A stretch of DNA of 63,343 nt, counting the filler. It is 8 parts of 8 records of this genome, joined end to end, with 100 filler letters (N's around TTAATTAATTAA, not from the genome) between each part and the next. Parts side by side here need not be neighbours in the genome. Positions count along the whole stretch, not along the records: positions 27,430 to 33,119 come from SRR31147125_11731; positions 33,220 to 41,638 come from SRR31147125_11740; 6 more parts are not named here. The stretch is one strand, 5' to 3'. Below, one piece after another: positions 29,454 to 39,980 of the stretch. Both the position numbers and the translations under genes were made by a program. Under the pieces are notes generated by a model. That model did not search any database. It was not told where the DNA came from and saw only the letters and a list, made by a program, of their open reading frames with translations. The stretch's first letter is position 1. Each line of letters starts with the position of its first letter.

Positions 29454-31919
29454 TTAACACATGTTCTGAGGATCTACGTCGATGATAAATCGGAGATCCT
29501 TTGACCATTTCCATAATTCCTGTCTTTTTGCCATATTTATAAAATCGTGCAAGACATTAGATCCGGAAGCCTTGATTAGTAGCTGATATCTGAAATTCCC
29601 GCGAATTTTCAATATTGGGGCCGGAACCGGACCTAATATCGCCACATTGGAAAGCTTCATTTTACCAACAAGCTCGCGCAGCAATCCACCAATTCTGTTG
29701 GCATGAATATCCACACGCTCCAGATCTTTTCCCTCAATGCGAAGTAAAGCAAGCCGCACAAACGGTGGATACAGACCACTTCTGTTTTGCAATTCTTCGG
29801 AATAGAAAGCCTTGAATTCTCTTTCCACCACATGCTTCATCACAAAATGCTCCGGCTGATAGGTTTGAACTATCGCCTGCCCCTGCTTATCACCACGCCC
29901 TGCCCTGCCGATAACCTGCACAAGCATCTGGAAAGTTCTTTCGGCTGCCCTGAAATCGGGAACGTTCAGGCTCCTGTCTGCATTTAGCACACCGACAAGC
30001 GTTACATTCGGGAAGTCATGACCTTTTGTCACAAGCTGAGTGCCTACAAGAATATCTATTTCGCCTTTGCCAAAGCTATCGAGTATCCTTGTCATCTCGC
30101 CTTTTCTTGATGCCGAATCTCTGTCCAGCCTGCTAATTCTGGCGTTTGGAAAACTCAGATCAAGCTCATCTTCTATACGCTGTGTTCCTGTTCCTTCAAG
30201 TTGCAACTCTTCACCGCAAGTAGGACAAACATCGATATCGGAAGAACGCAAACCACAAGTATGACATAACAACTTTCCAATAGTTCTATGATACGACATC
30301 GTAATCGAGCATTGCGGACATTCGATTGCTTTTTTGCAAGCAGTACAAACAAGGCTTGGCGAAAAACCGCGACGATTGAGAAACAAGATCGTCTGTTCCT
30401 GTTTGTTCAGTCTTTCTTCTATCGCCATTATGAGGTCTGCACTTAGCATCGATTTTGAAGAAGCTTTTGTTTTCTGAATATTTACGATATCTATATCGAC
30501 CGGATCATCATAATTCGGTCTTTCAATCCCAAGAATCTCGTAGCTGCCTTTTCTTGCATTATGTACCGATTCCACAGAGGGAGTCGCCGAGCCTAAAATC
30601 ACAATGGCGTCCTTTGAAAACGCCCTGTAAACCGCAAGATCACGGGAGTTATAAAAAACGTGATCTTCACTCTTGTATGAGCTGTCCTGTTCTTCATCGA
30701 CAACAATAAGCCCAATATTATCCAAAGGAGCAAAAACAGCCGACCGCGCACCGACAACGATTCTTGCTTCTCCTTTTATCACGCGTTGCCATTCATCAAA
30801 TCTCTCACCAACAGAAAGCCCCGAATGCCACAAAGCGACTTTTTCTCCGAATCTTGAAGCTACACGGGAAAAAAGCTGCGGTGTAAGCGATATTTCGGGA
30901 ACAAGAAACAAAACGGATTTCCCGCCTTTAATCATCTTCTCTGCTGCTCTTAAATATACTTCCGTTTTTCCGGAACCCGGAGAACCGAACAGCAAAAAAG
31001 TTTTATGACAAGCTTCATCTATTGCTTCTGATACTTTTTGAACAGCAGCAGCCTGAGTCGGCCATAATTCTTTTTTGACCTCGTTTTGTTCCACTCCCAA
31101 TAAATGCTGACCTATTGGCGAACGGCTGACTTTCCTTTCACTGGTTTTAACAAAACCTTTTTCAACAAGCTGACTAACAGCCCTGCTTATTTTAGCATCG
31201 CCCTTAGTAATAGTCTTTTTAGATACCAGACCATACTTGCAAATCTTCAAAAAAGCTTCTGCCTGCTTTGGTGCATTTGTCAGATTATCCAATCCTTCAT
31301 CGAGAGAAACAGACAAAGAAAGCATTGTTTCCGTTTTCGGTTTCAATTGACCTGATTTATCATCGAGAAAGAGCTTTATATATCCTGCTTTTTCCCAATC
31401 GCGCAATGTCTGATGTGAAGTCTTGCCCGCCTGTTTTACAAAAGCATTTACACCAAGCGTTCCACCGGCGGGAAGCATAGAAAGCTTTGTAATCATCTGG
31501 CCTCTTTGCTTTGAGGTCAGATTCAGGTTGTCCATCATGGGCATACCTTGCAAAAGAGCCTTGCCCTGATCGGTAATACTTAAGCTGTATCTCTCAGCGG
31601 ACAATAATCCGGCAGGCAATGCAAGCCTTGCAATTTCACCGGGAGGCGCAAAATAGTATGCAGAAATCCATTTGAAAAGCGATAGCAATTCCTCGGTAAT
31701 TACCGGCTCGTCGTCGATTATGGCGATTATTTCCTTGATGTCCTGCTGATCGCTTACAGAAGAAACTTCGTCGATAAGCCCGACCATAAAACGATTGGCG
31801 AATATAACTTCACATCGCACACCGGGCTGAACTTTTTCGACCAGATCATTTGGGATGGAATAAGTAAACGACTCCGAAAGCGGGACAGGAAGCAGTACGG
31901 ACGCGAATCTCATGCTCAT
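29454..31919 (-). CDS. priA: Primosomal protein N'
   Basis: GSGKTEVY, LVPEISLTPQ, DEEQDSSYK, GSATPS, four CxxC zinc knuckles, GHDFPNVTLV, IDVDP. Confidence 0.97.
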   Translation of the reverse strand: MSMRFASVLLPVPLSESFTYSIPNDLVEKVQPGVRCEVIFANRFMVGLIDEVSSVSDQQDIKEIIAIIDDEPVITEELLSLFKWISAYYFAPPGEIARLALPAGLLSAERYSLSITDQGKALLQGMPMMDNLNLTSKQRGQMITKLSMLPAGGTLGVNAFVKQAGKTSHQTLRDWEKAGYIKLFLDDKSGQLKPKTETMLSLSVSLDEGLDNLTNAPKQAEAFLKICKYGLVSKKTITKGDAKISRAVSQLVEKGFVKTSERKVSRSPIGQHLLGVEQNEVKKELWPTQAAAVQKVSEAIDEACHKTFLLFGSPGSGKTEVYLRAAEKMIKGGKSVLFLVPEISLTPQLFSRVASRFGEKVALWHSGLSVGERFDEWQRVIKGEARIVVGARSAVFAPLDNIGLIVVDEEQDSSYKSEDHVFYNSRDLAVYRAFSKDAIVILGSATPSVESVHNARKGSYEILGIERPNYDDPVDIDIVNIQKTKASSKSMLSADLIMAIEERLNKQEQTILFLNRRGFSPSLVCTACKKAIECPQCSITMSYHRTIGKLLCHTCGLRSSDIDVCPTCGEELQLEGTGTQRIEDELDLSFPNARISRLDRDSASRKGEMTRILDSFGKGEIDILVGTQLVTKGHDFPNVTLVGVLNADRSLNVPDFRAAERTFQMLVQVIGRAGRGDKQGQAIVQTYQPEHFVMKHVVEREFKAFYSEELQNRSGLYPPFVRLALLRIEGKDLERVDIHANRIGGLLRELVGKMKLSNVAILGPVPAPILKIRGNFRYQLLIKASGSNVLHDFINMAKRQELWKWSKDLRFIIDVDPQNMC

Positions 31920-32530
31920 TTACCACTGGCTCCCGATTTCTTGCGTACCTTCTCTAGATCATAAGAGCTATGTTTTAGCCCGTTTTTGTAAACAACAATT
32001 TGTTTCGGGAATATCTTGTTCGCTCCAGGTTTGTCCCAACCAAAAGCACGAACATCGTAAGTATTTCCTGCTTTGGAATAGATGAGCCTTGCAGGAAAAT
32101 GATTGAACTTTTCGATCCATAACTGAGCCTTGGATACATCATTACCGGAATCACCGATAATGGCATAAGCCTCTTGGTTCATTGTGCCAAGCCCCATTAT
32201 ATTGTGGTTTACACCCCAGATGTTTAGCCTCTCCACAAGTTGTTTCTTTTTATTCGACAAAGCTATTACCCGCAGAAATTTTTCGAGAGCGATGGTTTCT
32301 ATTTCGACATTATTTACCGATACTGATTTAGGTCGTGAAATCGTAAACTCGAAGATGCCTTCCGCCATAACACCGGAAGCGTGGGATTTGCAGCTACCTG
32401 TCACTTCCAGAGTCTTCCAGCCACTCATTGTCTTTTCCGCCTTGTAAAGCAGCAGCGGCAAAGGATCGGAATACGCCAAAAACGAAATGGCCAGCAGGAT
32501 CAATATGACGATATATTTTTTATCTTTCAT
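31916..32530 (-). CDS. Hypothetical exported protein (possibly LolA-like fold)
   Basis: N-terminal signal peptide; QLWIEK..FPARL pattern; ATGA overlap with priA. Confidence 0.55.
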   Translation of the reverse strand: MKDKKYIVILILLAISFLAYSDPLPLLLYKAEKTMSGWKTLEVTGSCKSHASGVMAEGIFEFTISRPKSVSVNNVEIETIALEKFLRVIALSNKKKQLVERLNIWGVNHNIMGLGTMNQEAYAIIGDSGNDVSKAQLWIEKFNHFPARLIYSKAGNTYDVRAFGWDKPGANKIFPKQIVVYKNGLKHSSYDLEKVRKKSGASGK

Positions 32531-32620
32531 TTTTTTTCCATTGAATATTAAATAAGGAAGAAATCCTTGTTACCCCACCAAAAATGTCAGGCTACGATTA
32601 GTTTACCTGCAAATAACAGG

Positions 32621-32987
32621 CTACAGCTTACTTCGTTTCTCGCGAAGCTCCAACTCTTTTACACTCAATACATAGAGTTGCTTCGGGTCTGGCCTGCAAT
32701 CGGTTGTCTTTGATACGATCTCCGCAATAATCGCAGAACCCATAAGTCCCGTCTTCGATTCTCTTCAACGCCTGTCTGGCCTTCAGAATCAGCTTTCGTT
32801 CACGATCTCGCACCCTCAAAAGGAAGTTACGATCCGTCTCCATAGTGGCCTGATCGTTTGGATCAGGAAAATTGGTAACGGTATCCGCCACCATTCCACC
32901 AAGAGTTTCTCCCGCCTTTCCAATAAGAGCATCGATCTTGTTACGCAATAGCTCCTCGTAACCTTTTAGTTGCGCCTTTTTCATCAA
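32621..32987 (-). CDS. dksA: RNA polymerase-binding protein DksA (1-nt indel near 3' end)
   Basis: DPNDQA, RDRERKL, GTYGFCDYCG, RLQARP..LCIECK; adding one A gives a KELELREKRSKL terminus. Confidence 0.92.
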
Positions 32988-33219
32988 CTCTTCTCCGGCT
33001 CTAGCTCTTCATCAGATGAGCTACATTCTACAATTCCCTAATCTTTTAAGTTTATATAAACCCCTAATATTTGGCAAGGATATTCCCCTTTAGAACAAAC
33101 TCTGAATGCCACAAAAAAANNNNNNNNNNNNNNNNNNNNNNNNNNNNNNNNNNNNNNNNNNNNTTAATTAATTAANNNNNNNNNNNNNNNNNNNNNNNNN
33201 NNNNNNNNNNNNNNNNNNN

Positions 33220-33652
33220 TTTTTATTCACATTATAGAAAGGAGATAGTTTTTGAAGAGGATGTCGAGGGAATATTAAACAAAATTTCAAACTTAAAAGG
33301 ATATTCTGAGATTATTATTAATGCAAAATCAATAGGTACGAAAGCTCTTGCTCAAATACACAACAGATTACCATTTGATAACGTTAAATTGATTTGGCAA
33401 ACACCACTGCTAAAGGACGAGAAAATACTTAATGAAATGATTGAAACTAAACATAAATCCCTTGCAATTATTGGAACAAATGATCAACATTATGAAACTA
33501 AATTAATAAAGAGTTTGCTAAAAAATACCAACTTTACTTTTTTCGAGGTTGAGGATTTAAATCATTCATATGATAGTTCTGAAACCGTTTTTGAATCAAT
33601 AGATAAGTGTAAAATCATCATCCACAGAATCGATGATTTCATATATATATAA
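33220..33652 (+). CDS. Alpha/beta-hydrolase-like protein, 5' truncated
   Basis: Frame open upstream of the listed ORF with AKSIGT nucleophile-like motif, IGTND, LNHS. Confidence 0.6.
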
Positions 33653-33699
33653 CATTACATGAATTTATTATTTCAAGAGAATAGGGAGGGAACACAACA

Positions 33700-34980
33700 A
33701 TGTCACATCTTTCAGTTAAATCAGGATATAGTAGCCTATCAGAGAGAATTAACAAATTTCCTCAAGGAGCACCACCAGGCGAAACCTTATACAAAATTCT
33801 GAAACTGCTTTTTACTGAAAAAGAAGCTGAACTTGTTTCTAAGCTACCAATTAAACCATTTACCGCTTATAAAGCAGGTAAAGTATGGAGAATGTCAGAA
33901 AGAGAAGCAGGAGAAATTCTACAGGAGTTGGCGTCAAGAGCAATCCTTCTTGACATTGAGCACGAAGGACAACATAGGTATATCCTACCACCACCAATGG
34001 CCGGCTTTTTTGAATTTTCTATGATGAGAATTAGAGGAGATATTAACCAAAAATATCTTGGAGAACTTTATTATCAATATATGAATATCGAAGAGGATTT
34101 CATTAAAGATTTGTTTACCCAGGGAGAGACTCAACTAGGAAGAGTTTTTGTAAATGAATCTGTTTTATCAAATGAAAATGCAATTCATGTATTAGATTAT
34201 GAAAGAGCATCAAGTGTAATTAAGAATGCAGAACATATTGGAATTGGGGTTTGTTATTGCAGGCACAAAATGGAACACGTTAATAAAAACTGTGATGCTC
34301 CTATGGATATCTGTATGACATTTGGAAATACAGCAGCATCATTAATAAAAAATGGATATGCCCGAAGTGTTGATGTCGATGAATGCATGGATAAGCTACA
34401 CCTGGCATATGAACATGATTTGGTACAGTTTGGGGAAAATGTTAGGAACAACGTTGCTTTTATCTGCAATTGTTGCGGTTGTTGCTGTGAAGCACTGGTT
34501 GCACATCAGAAATTTGGCTTTCTTAATCCCGTTCACACATCTAACTTTATTATAAAAATTGATGAGCATAAATGTACTGGCTGTGGAAAATGTGTTAACA
34601 TTTGTCCTGTTAATGCTATAAGCATGGTCACCGATGATAATTTGGATAATTCTATTAAAAGAAAAGCTAAACTAACTGAGCATGACTGCCTAGGTTGTGC
34701 AGTTTGTGTTAGAAATTGTCCAACTAAAGCTATAAAACTTAACTCAAGAGAAAAGAGAGTTATCACTCCTTCTGACTCAGTGCATAGAACAGTTATGATG
34801 GCTATCGAAAGAGGGCATTTAGCTAATCTTATCTTTGACAATCAAGCATTTCAGAGTCATAGGGCTATGGCAGCCATTTTTAGCGCTATACTAAAGTTAC
34901 CACCACTAAAGCAAGCTTTAGCAAACAAACAAATAAAGTCAAAATATCTTGAAAAGTTATTAGAAAAAATTAGCGTCTAA
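33700..34980 (+). CDS. 4Fe-4S dicluster protein with N-terminal winged-helix-like region
   Basis: CYCRH, ICNCCGCCC, CTGCGKCVNICP, CLGCAVCVRNCP. Confidence 0.9.
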   Translation: MSHLSVKSGYSSLSERINKFPQGAPPGETLYKILKLLFTEKEAELVSKLPIKPFTAYKAGKVWRMSEREAGEILQELASRAILLDIEHEGQHRYILPPPMAGFFEFSMMRIRGDINQKYLGELYYQYMNIEEDFIKDLFTQGETQLGRVFVNESVLSNENAIHVLDYERASSVIKNAEHIGIGVCYCRHKMEHVNKNCDAPMDICMTFGNTAASLIKNGYARSVDVDECMDKLHLAYEHDLVQFGENVRNNVAFICNCCGCCCEALVAHQKFGFLNPVHTSNFIIKIDEHKCTGCGKCVNICPVNAISMVTDDNLDNSIKRKAKLTEHDCLGCAVCVRNCPTKAIKLNSREKRVITPSDSVHRTVMMAIERGHLANLIFDNQAFQSHRAMAAIFSAILKLPPLKQALANKQIKSKYLEKLLEKISV

Positions 34981-34988
34981 TATAAATT

Positions 34989-35023
34989 AACTCTCCATTT
35001 ACTTAATATTTGGAGAGTTTTTT
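34989..35023 (+). terminator. Intrinsic terminator
   Basis: AACTCTCCA...TGGAGAGTT stem followed by T-run. Confidence 0.7.
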
Positions 35024-35167
35024 CATTAGATAATTTTCGATATTTTTAATCGTTTACTATTGGTTTTTTCATTATTGTTTGATATAATATATACTATATA
35101 TTTAAATATTATTATTTCTAACAAAGTTTCTGTGAAACTAACAAACAAGAATAATGGGGTGAAATTT

Positions 35168-36214
35168 ATGAAGATAAGCATTGACAAGTTAAAAGCTGGA
35201 ATGATTCTTGACGCAGATGTTTATAGAAATAACGGTTCTTCCATATTACTATCGGAAGGCATGAGACTTAACAATATATTAATTAGCAGACTAGTTGATG
35301 CTAATATTAGTGAAGTTGAAATTCGTGTAGATGATAAAATTAATCTTAAAAAATTTGGTAGGCCTGAAATAAAAGAAAATCTAGATAAAAATTTTAATAA
35401 AGTACAGAATAGTATCAAAAAAGTCATGACTGTAAAAGAAATTAAGGCTGCTAAAGTAAATTCATTTTCAAAAAAACTTCTTGATTTTATTAGTGATTCG
35501 TTTTCAGAAAACACACTCTATATTCTAGAATCTATTGCATCAAACGAAAATAGTGATGATGAACTATTTACTCATGTAACTCATGTAGCTGTTTTATCGC
35601 ACATGATTGGTAAATGGCTTAACTACGATGATGTTAAACTAAAAAAATTAACCTTAGCTGCCCTATACCATGACATAGGAATGTTAAAAATTAATGAAGT
35701 AATACTCAATAAAAATCAAGAGTTAAGTTATTATGAATTTAGAGATATAAAGAAGCATTGTAGACATGCGAGAGATCTGCTAACGGAGTGGGGCTTTGAT
35801 GATGAGGTAGTTAAAGCTGTTTTTCATCACCACGAAAGAATGGATGGTTCAGGATATCCATTAAAATTAAAAGGAAATGATATTAATGAATTTTCAAAAA
35901 TTATTGCAGTAGCCGATGTATTTGATGCCTTAACGTCACATAAACCACATCGGAATAGTTTTTCTATTCTAGAAGCATTAGTTGAGCTAGAGGAGGAGTC
36001 TATCAATAAATTAGATACAAGAATAACTAAGCTTTTTATTTCAAAGTTTTTTCAAAATTATTTAGGACAAGGTGTCGAACTCTCTAACAATAAAAAAGGG
36101 AAAATAATTCGACTCGATTCAAATAACGTTACACGTCCATTGATAGCTTGCACAGATGGTGAAATTCTTGACTTAGCACAAAACAAAGAGATTTCCATCA
36201 CAAATTTTTTATAA
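35168..36214 (+). CDS. HD-GYP c-di-NMP phosphodiesterase
   Basis: LYHDIG, HHERMDGSGYP, IAVADVFDAL; ATG 35168 preferred. Confidence 0.92.
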   Translation: MKISIDKLKAGMILDADVYRNNGSSILLSEGMRLNNILISRLVDANISEVEIRVDDKINLKKFGRPEIKENLDKNFNKVQNSIKKVMTVKEIKAAKVNSFSKKLLDFISDSFSENTLYILESIASNENSDDELFTHVTHVAVLSHMIGKWLNYDDVKLKKLTLAALYHDIGMLKINEVILNKNQELSYYEFRDIKKHCRHARDLLTEWGFDDEVVKAVFHHHERMDGSGYPLKLKGNDINEFSKIIAVADVFDALTSHKPHRNSFSILEALVELEEESINKLDTRITKLFISKFFQNYLGQGVELSNNKKGKIIRLDSNNVTRPLIACTDGEILDLAQNKEISITNFL

Positions 36215-36217
36215 TTG

Positions 36218-36246
36218 TTGACTTTTTCCTTTAATTTTAATATACT
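36218..36246 (+). promoter_or_regulatory. Sigma70-type promoter upstream of MATE gene
   Basis: TTGACT-17 nt-TATACT. Confidence 0.7.
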
Positions 36247-36301
36247 TCTCTGTAAGTAAGTATATTGTATTGATAATTTACATTGGATTAATTGTATCTT
36301 T

Positions 36302-36344
36302 CAGCATAAAAAGCAAATTACTTTGACTTTTATGCTGTTTTTTT
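36302..36344 (+). terminator. Terminator hairpin inside the MATE 5' leader (candidate attenuator)
   Basis: CAGCATAAAA..CAAA-TTAC-TTTG..TTTTATGCTG followed by 7 T. Confidence 0.65.
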
Positions 36345-36396
36345 ATTTATTTAAAAAAATTTATCATTTTTCACACAATAAAAGATTGAGGTCATT

Positions 36397-37749
36397 ATGC
36401 AAAATAACAAAAATTTCTACAAAACAATGCTTAAAATTGCGATTCCCATTGCAATTCAAAACTTGATCACATCATCTATTAATGTTGCTGATGTCTTTAT
36501 GATCGGAAAACTCGGGGAAGCCAGCATTTCAGCTCTAGGTTTAGCTAATCAAATAGTTTTTTTACTTATCCTATTTCTTTTTGGAATAAATAGCGGCGGT
36601 TCAATTTACATGGCTCAATTCTGGGGGAAAAAGGATCTTAAAAATATGCATAAGGTTTTAGGAATCTCTCTTTTTATGAGTATCTTAGTAGCAGGGGCTT
36701 TTATGTTTATCTCACTATTTATTCCTAAGTTAATAATTCGAATATACACTCCTGATATTGAAGTTATTAATCTCGGAGCTAAATATTTGAAAATTGTCAG
36801 TTGGTCTTTTTTATTTACTGCAATTAGTTTCGTCTTTTCTATTCAATTGAGAAGCACAGGACAAACTAACGTTTCTGTTATTTCAAGTTCAATTAGTTTA
36901 GTCATAAATATCTCACTAAATATAATTTTGATTTTTGGTTATTTTGGCTTTCCAGCACTTGGTGTAGTTGGTGCTGCTATTGCAACATCAATTGCCAGAA
37001 CTGTTGAGTGCATTTTTATCGTTGGGTATACATATAAAAAGAGGTATGCACTTGCTAGTCCACTAAAAGAGATGATGGCTTTTGATTTAAACTTCTTTAA
37101 ACGATTTATTAAAACTGCATTTCCGGTTATAATAAATGAAATAATTTGGGCACTTGGTATAACTACATATAGTGCTCTATATGGTAGAATGGGTACTGAT
37201 TCCCTTGCTGCTATTAACATTGCAGGTAGTATTGATCGTATTTTATTTGTTGCTATATTTGGTGTTGCCAGTTCTGCCGGGGTTATGGTTGGAAATAAAA
37301 TTGGTGAAGGAAATGAAGATGAAGCATTTAATTATTCAATTAAATTCTCTAAAGTAGCTGTTTTAACCGCAATCATTGTATCACTACTTTTTATGCTCCT
37401 TATGGATTCAATTCTTAGTATCTACAACATCAAATCAGAAGTAATGTTGGCAACCAGGTATATATTGATTATAATCGCTCTAATCTTACCGCTGAAAGCT
37501 TTCAACATTACAAATATAGTTGGATCACTTAGAGCTGGGGGCGACACAAGGTTTTGCCTTCTCATGGATATTGCTGGAGTTTGGATGATTGGTGTTCCAT
37601 TAGCATTTATTGGTGCATTATATTTAAAGCTCCCCATTTATTATGTTTTTCTGTTAGTATCGTTAGAAGAATTTTTTAAACTAATCTTTGTTTTTAAGAG
37701 ATTAGTCTCAAGGCAATGGATAAAAAACTTAGTTAGTGATATTAATTAA
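36397..37749 (+). CDS. MATE family efflux transporter
   Basis: 12-TM pattern; AIPIAIQN, DVFMIGKLG, LGVVGAAIATSIAR, LRAGGDTR. Confidence 0.95.
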   Translation: MQNNKNFYKTMLKIAIPIAIQNLITSSINVADVFMIGKLGEASISALGLANQIVFLLILFLFGINSGGSIYMAQFWGKKDLKNMHKVLGISLFMSILVAGAFMFISLFIPKLIIRIYTPDIEVINLGAKYLKIVSWSFLFTAISFVFSIQLRSTGQTNVSVISSSISLVINISLNIILIFGYFGFPALGVVGAAIATSIARTVECIFIVGYTYKKRYALASPLKEMMAFDLNFFKRFIKTAFPVIINEIIWALGITTYSALYGRMGTDSLAAINIAGSIDRILFVAIFGVASSAGVMVGNKIGEGNEDEAFNYSIKFSKVAVLTAIIVSLLFMLLMDSILSIYNIKSEVMLATRYILIIIALILPLKAFNITNIVGSLRAGGDTRFCLLMDIAGVWMIGVPLAFIGALYLKLPIYYVFLLVSLEEFFKLIFVFKRLVSRQWIKNLVSDIN

Positions 37750-37805
37750 AAAAACTCAATAATATATGGCTGTATAAAAATTTATAAAAAATATCTTTGT
37801 AATAC

Positions 37806-37846
37806 AAAAGAACCGCTACAGTGGGGAGTACTGGGCGGTTCTTTTT
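37806..37846. terminator. Bidirectional terminator between convergent genes
   Basis: AAAAGAACCGC...GCGGTTCTTTT. Confidence 0.75.
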
Positions 37847-37883
37847 CGCTCTAATAAAATGAGCATGTAGTATATGGAAAGAA

Positions 37884-38222
37884 TTAACTTATTATCCAAC
37901 TAATTGTAAAAAAAACAATTCCAACAATTATGCTTATACAAAATATGAAGTATTGAAAACCCCTCATTTCAAAATTCTCTTTCTCCATTTTTTTATAAGC
38001 TACTTCAAAAATTTTTATTGGTTCATAGGGTTCTCCTAGATGTGAATAACCTATAAAGCTGTATATTATTGCAGTAAATACCGTTAATTTGGACATCTCA
38101 ATGTTTAGCATCATGCTTATAGCAAAATCAAATGCCAACCCGAAAAGTGTTAGGAAAGTTATCCATTCTACACCATGGGATATTCTAATCGCAAGTTTTC
38201 TCATTATTATCACTCCTTGCAT
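37884..38222 (-). CDS. Small hypothetical membrane protein (3 TM)
   Basis: Hydrophobic 112-aa ORF; AAGGAG inside its 5' end suggests start at MRKL. Confidence 0.55.
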   Translation of the reverse strand: MQGVIIMRKLAIRISHGVEWITFLTLFGLAFDFAISMMLNIEMSKLTVFTAIIYSFIGYSHLGEPYEPIKIFEVAYKKMEKENFEMRGFQYFIFCISIIVGIVFFTISWIIS

Positions 38223-38435
38223 ATTGGCTCTGTTCCCAATGCGTTTGGATGAAGCTTCATTTCTTAATATAATTATCGGTTAAGTTTTATAAAAGTATAA
38301 GCCCTTTTTGAAAAAAAATTCCACTTTTTTTATTTGTACTGTTCTTTTGATTATGATAATATATTATTAAGTTTCAAATCTATAGATTTTTAATGACTTT
38401 AATATTATGAGTTATTAGCACTGGGAGGAAGTACA

Positions 38436-39545
38436 TTGAATAAAGAAAAAATGAATTTAGCGATAGTTTTCGGAGGTAAATCTGCTGAACATGAAGTTTC
38501 AATCCAATCAGCAAAGAATATTTTAGAGGCTTCAAAAAAAGATAAATACAATATATTTTTAATAGGTATAGATAAGCTTGGAAAGTGGTATTATTTTGAC
38601 AATCATGATTTTTTAATTAATAAAAAAGATATGAATTACTCTGATTTAAGTATCGAAGGTAAAGAGATCTCTTTTCACATTGGAAATCCGGAAAAGCAGT
38701 TTTTCGTTAATGAAACTCATAAGTTTCTACCTAAAATTGATGTTATTTTTCCTATTGTCCATGGTACTCATGGAGAAGATGGTTCATTTCAAGGCTTCTT
38801 TAATCTACTAGATATTCCATATGTTGGTTCAGGTGTCTTAGGTTCATCAGTTGGAATGGATAAAGAGATAATGAAGAAAATTTTCAGAGACGCTGGTATC
38901 TCTATCGGTAAATTTATTTCGATATATAAAAACGAAGTTGATACAATCACCGATGAACGAATTAAAAATGAACTTGCCTATCCTGTATTTGTTAAACCAG
39001 CAAATATGGGTTCCTCTATAGGTGTTACAAAAGCTGATAATTATGAAGAATTAATTGACTCAATTAACCTGGCATTACAATACGATACCAAAGTTATTTT
39101 AGAAGAATTCATAAAAGGAAGAGAAGTTGAATGTGCTGTCTTAGGAAACTATGATGCACAAGCGTCAACAGTAGGAGAAATAACTACGAATATGAAAAAC
39201 TACGAATTTTACTCTTATGAGGCAAAATATCTAGATGATAATGGCGCTGTTCTTCAAATACCAGCTAAATTAGATTCTAATATTATCCAAAAGCTTAGGC
39301 TAGAAGCTGTGAAAGTTTTCAAAGTTTTAAACTGTTTTGGTATATCAAGAGTTGATTTTTTTATTACAGAAGATAATGAAATATATGTTAATGAGATCAA
39401 TACTCTACCTGGATTTACTAAAATCAGTATGTATCCTAAATTATGGGAACATAGTGGGATTTTATATAGCGATTTGATTGATAAATTAATCAACTTTGCT
39501 ATTTCAAAATTTAATGAAGAAAAGAACTTAAAAGTGAGTGTTTAA
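38436..39545 (+). CDS. ddl: D-alanine--D-alanine ligase
   Basis: FGGKSAEHEVS, HGTHGEDG, KPANMGSSIG, FYSYEAKY, NEINTLPGFT..SMYP. Confidence 0.97.
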   Translation: MNKEKMNLAIVFGGKSAEHEVSIQSAKNILEASKKDKYNIFLIGIDKLGKWYYFDNHDFLINKKDMNYSDLSIEGKEISFHIGNPEKQFFVNETHKFLPKIDVIFPIVHGTHGEDGSFQGFFNLLDIPYVGSGVLGSSVGMDKEIMKKIFRDAGISIGKFISIYKNEVDTITDERIKNELAYPVFVKPANMGSSIGVTKADNYEELIDSINLALQYDTKVILEEFIKGREVECAVLGNYDAQASTVGEITTNMKNYEFYSYEAKYLDDNGAVLQIPAKLDSNIIQKLRLEAVKVFKVLNCFGISRVDFFITEDNEIYVNEINTLPGFTKISMYPKLWEHSGILYSDLIDKLINFAISKFNEEKNLKVSV

Positions 39546-39590
39546 TAAAGATAAAAATAGCAGCCATCCTGGCTGCTATTTTTATCTTTA
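39546..39590. terminator. Bidirectional terminator (perfect 21-bp arms)
   Basis: TAAAGATAAAAATAGCAGCCA-TCC-TGGCTGCTATTTTTATCTTTA between convergent ddl and siaC. Confidence 0.85.
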
Positions 39591-39600
39591 AATTCAATTA

Positions 39601-39975
39601 TTACTCAGCTATTAACTCGTAAGGAAGTTCTAAGTCCTCTAATAATTCTTCTGCTATTTCTTTCATATTTCTATCTTTAGCTTTGTAAAACCAAATGATT
39701 TTAACTTCGCCATTGTTCATATAATACTCTTCTATTTCATCAAGCAATTCCATAATACACTTTAATGAACTAGAATTCAAATATTCGACTCTAAAGTTCA
39801 AACTAATTTCCTTACCAATATCTCTAATATATGCCTCTACCCAATTGAAAATTGGATTGAAAAATTCCAAAGCATTTTCAGGATAAGATGTACCTTTTAA
39901 TTCAACAATACCACTTTCCAATAAACACTCCACTCCAAATGAGTCTTTTTTCTGTTCTATATATAAATCCTTCAT
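39601..39975 (-). CDS. siaC: SiaC-family regulatory phosphoprotein (DUF1987)
   Basis: GTSYPENA.EFF.P, EYLNSSS.K, I.WFY...D motifs. Confidence 0.88.
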   Translation of the reverse strand: MKDLYIEQKKDSFGVECLLESGIVELKGTSYPENALEFFNPIFNWVEAYIRDIGKEISLNFRVEYLNSSSLKCIMELLDEIEEYYMNNGEVKIIWFYKAKDRNMKEIAEELLEDLELPYELIAE

Positions 39976-39980
39976 GAATA

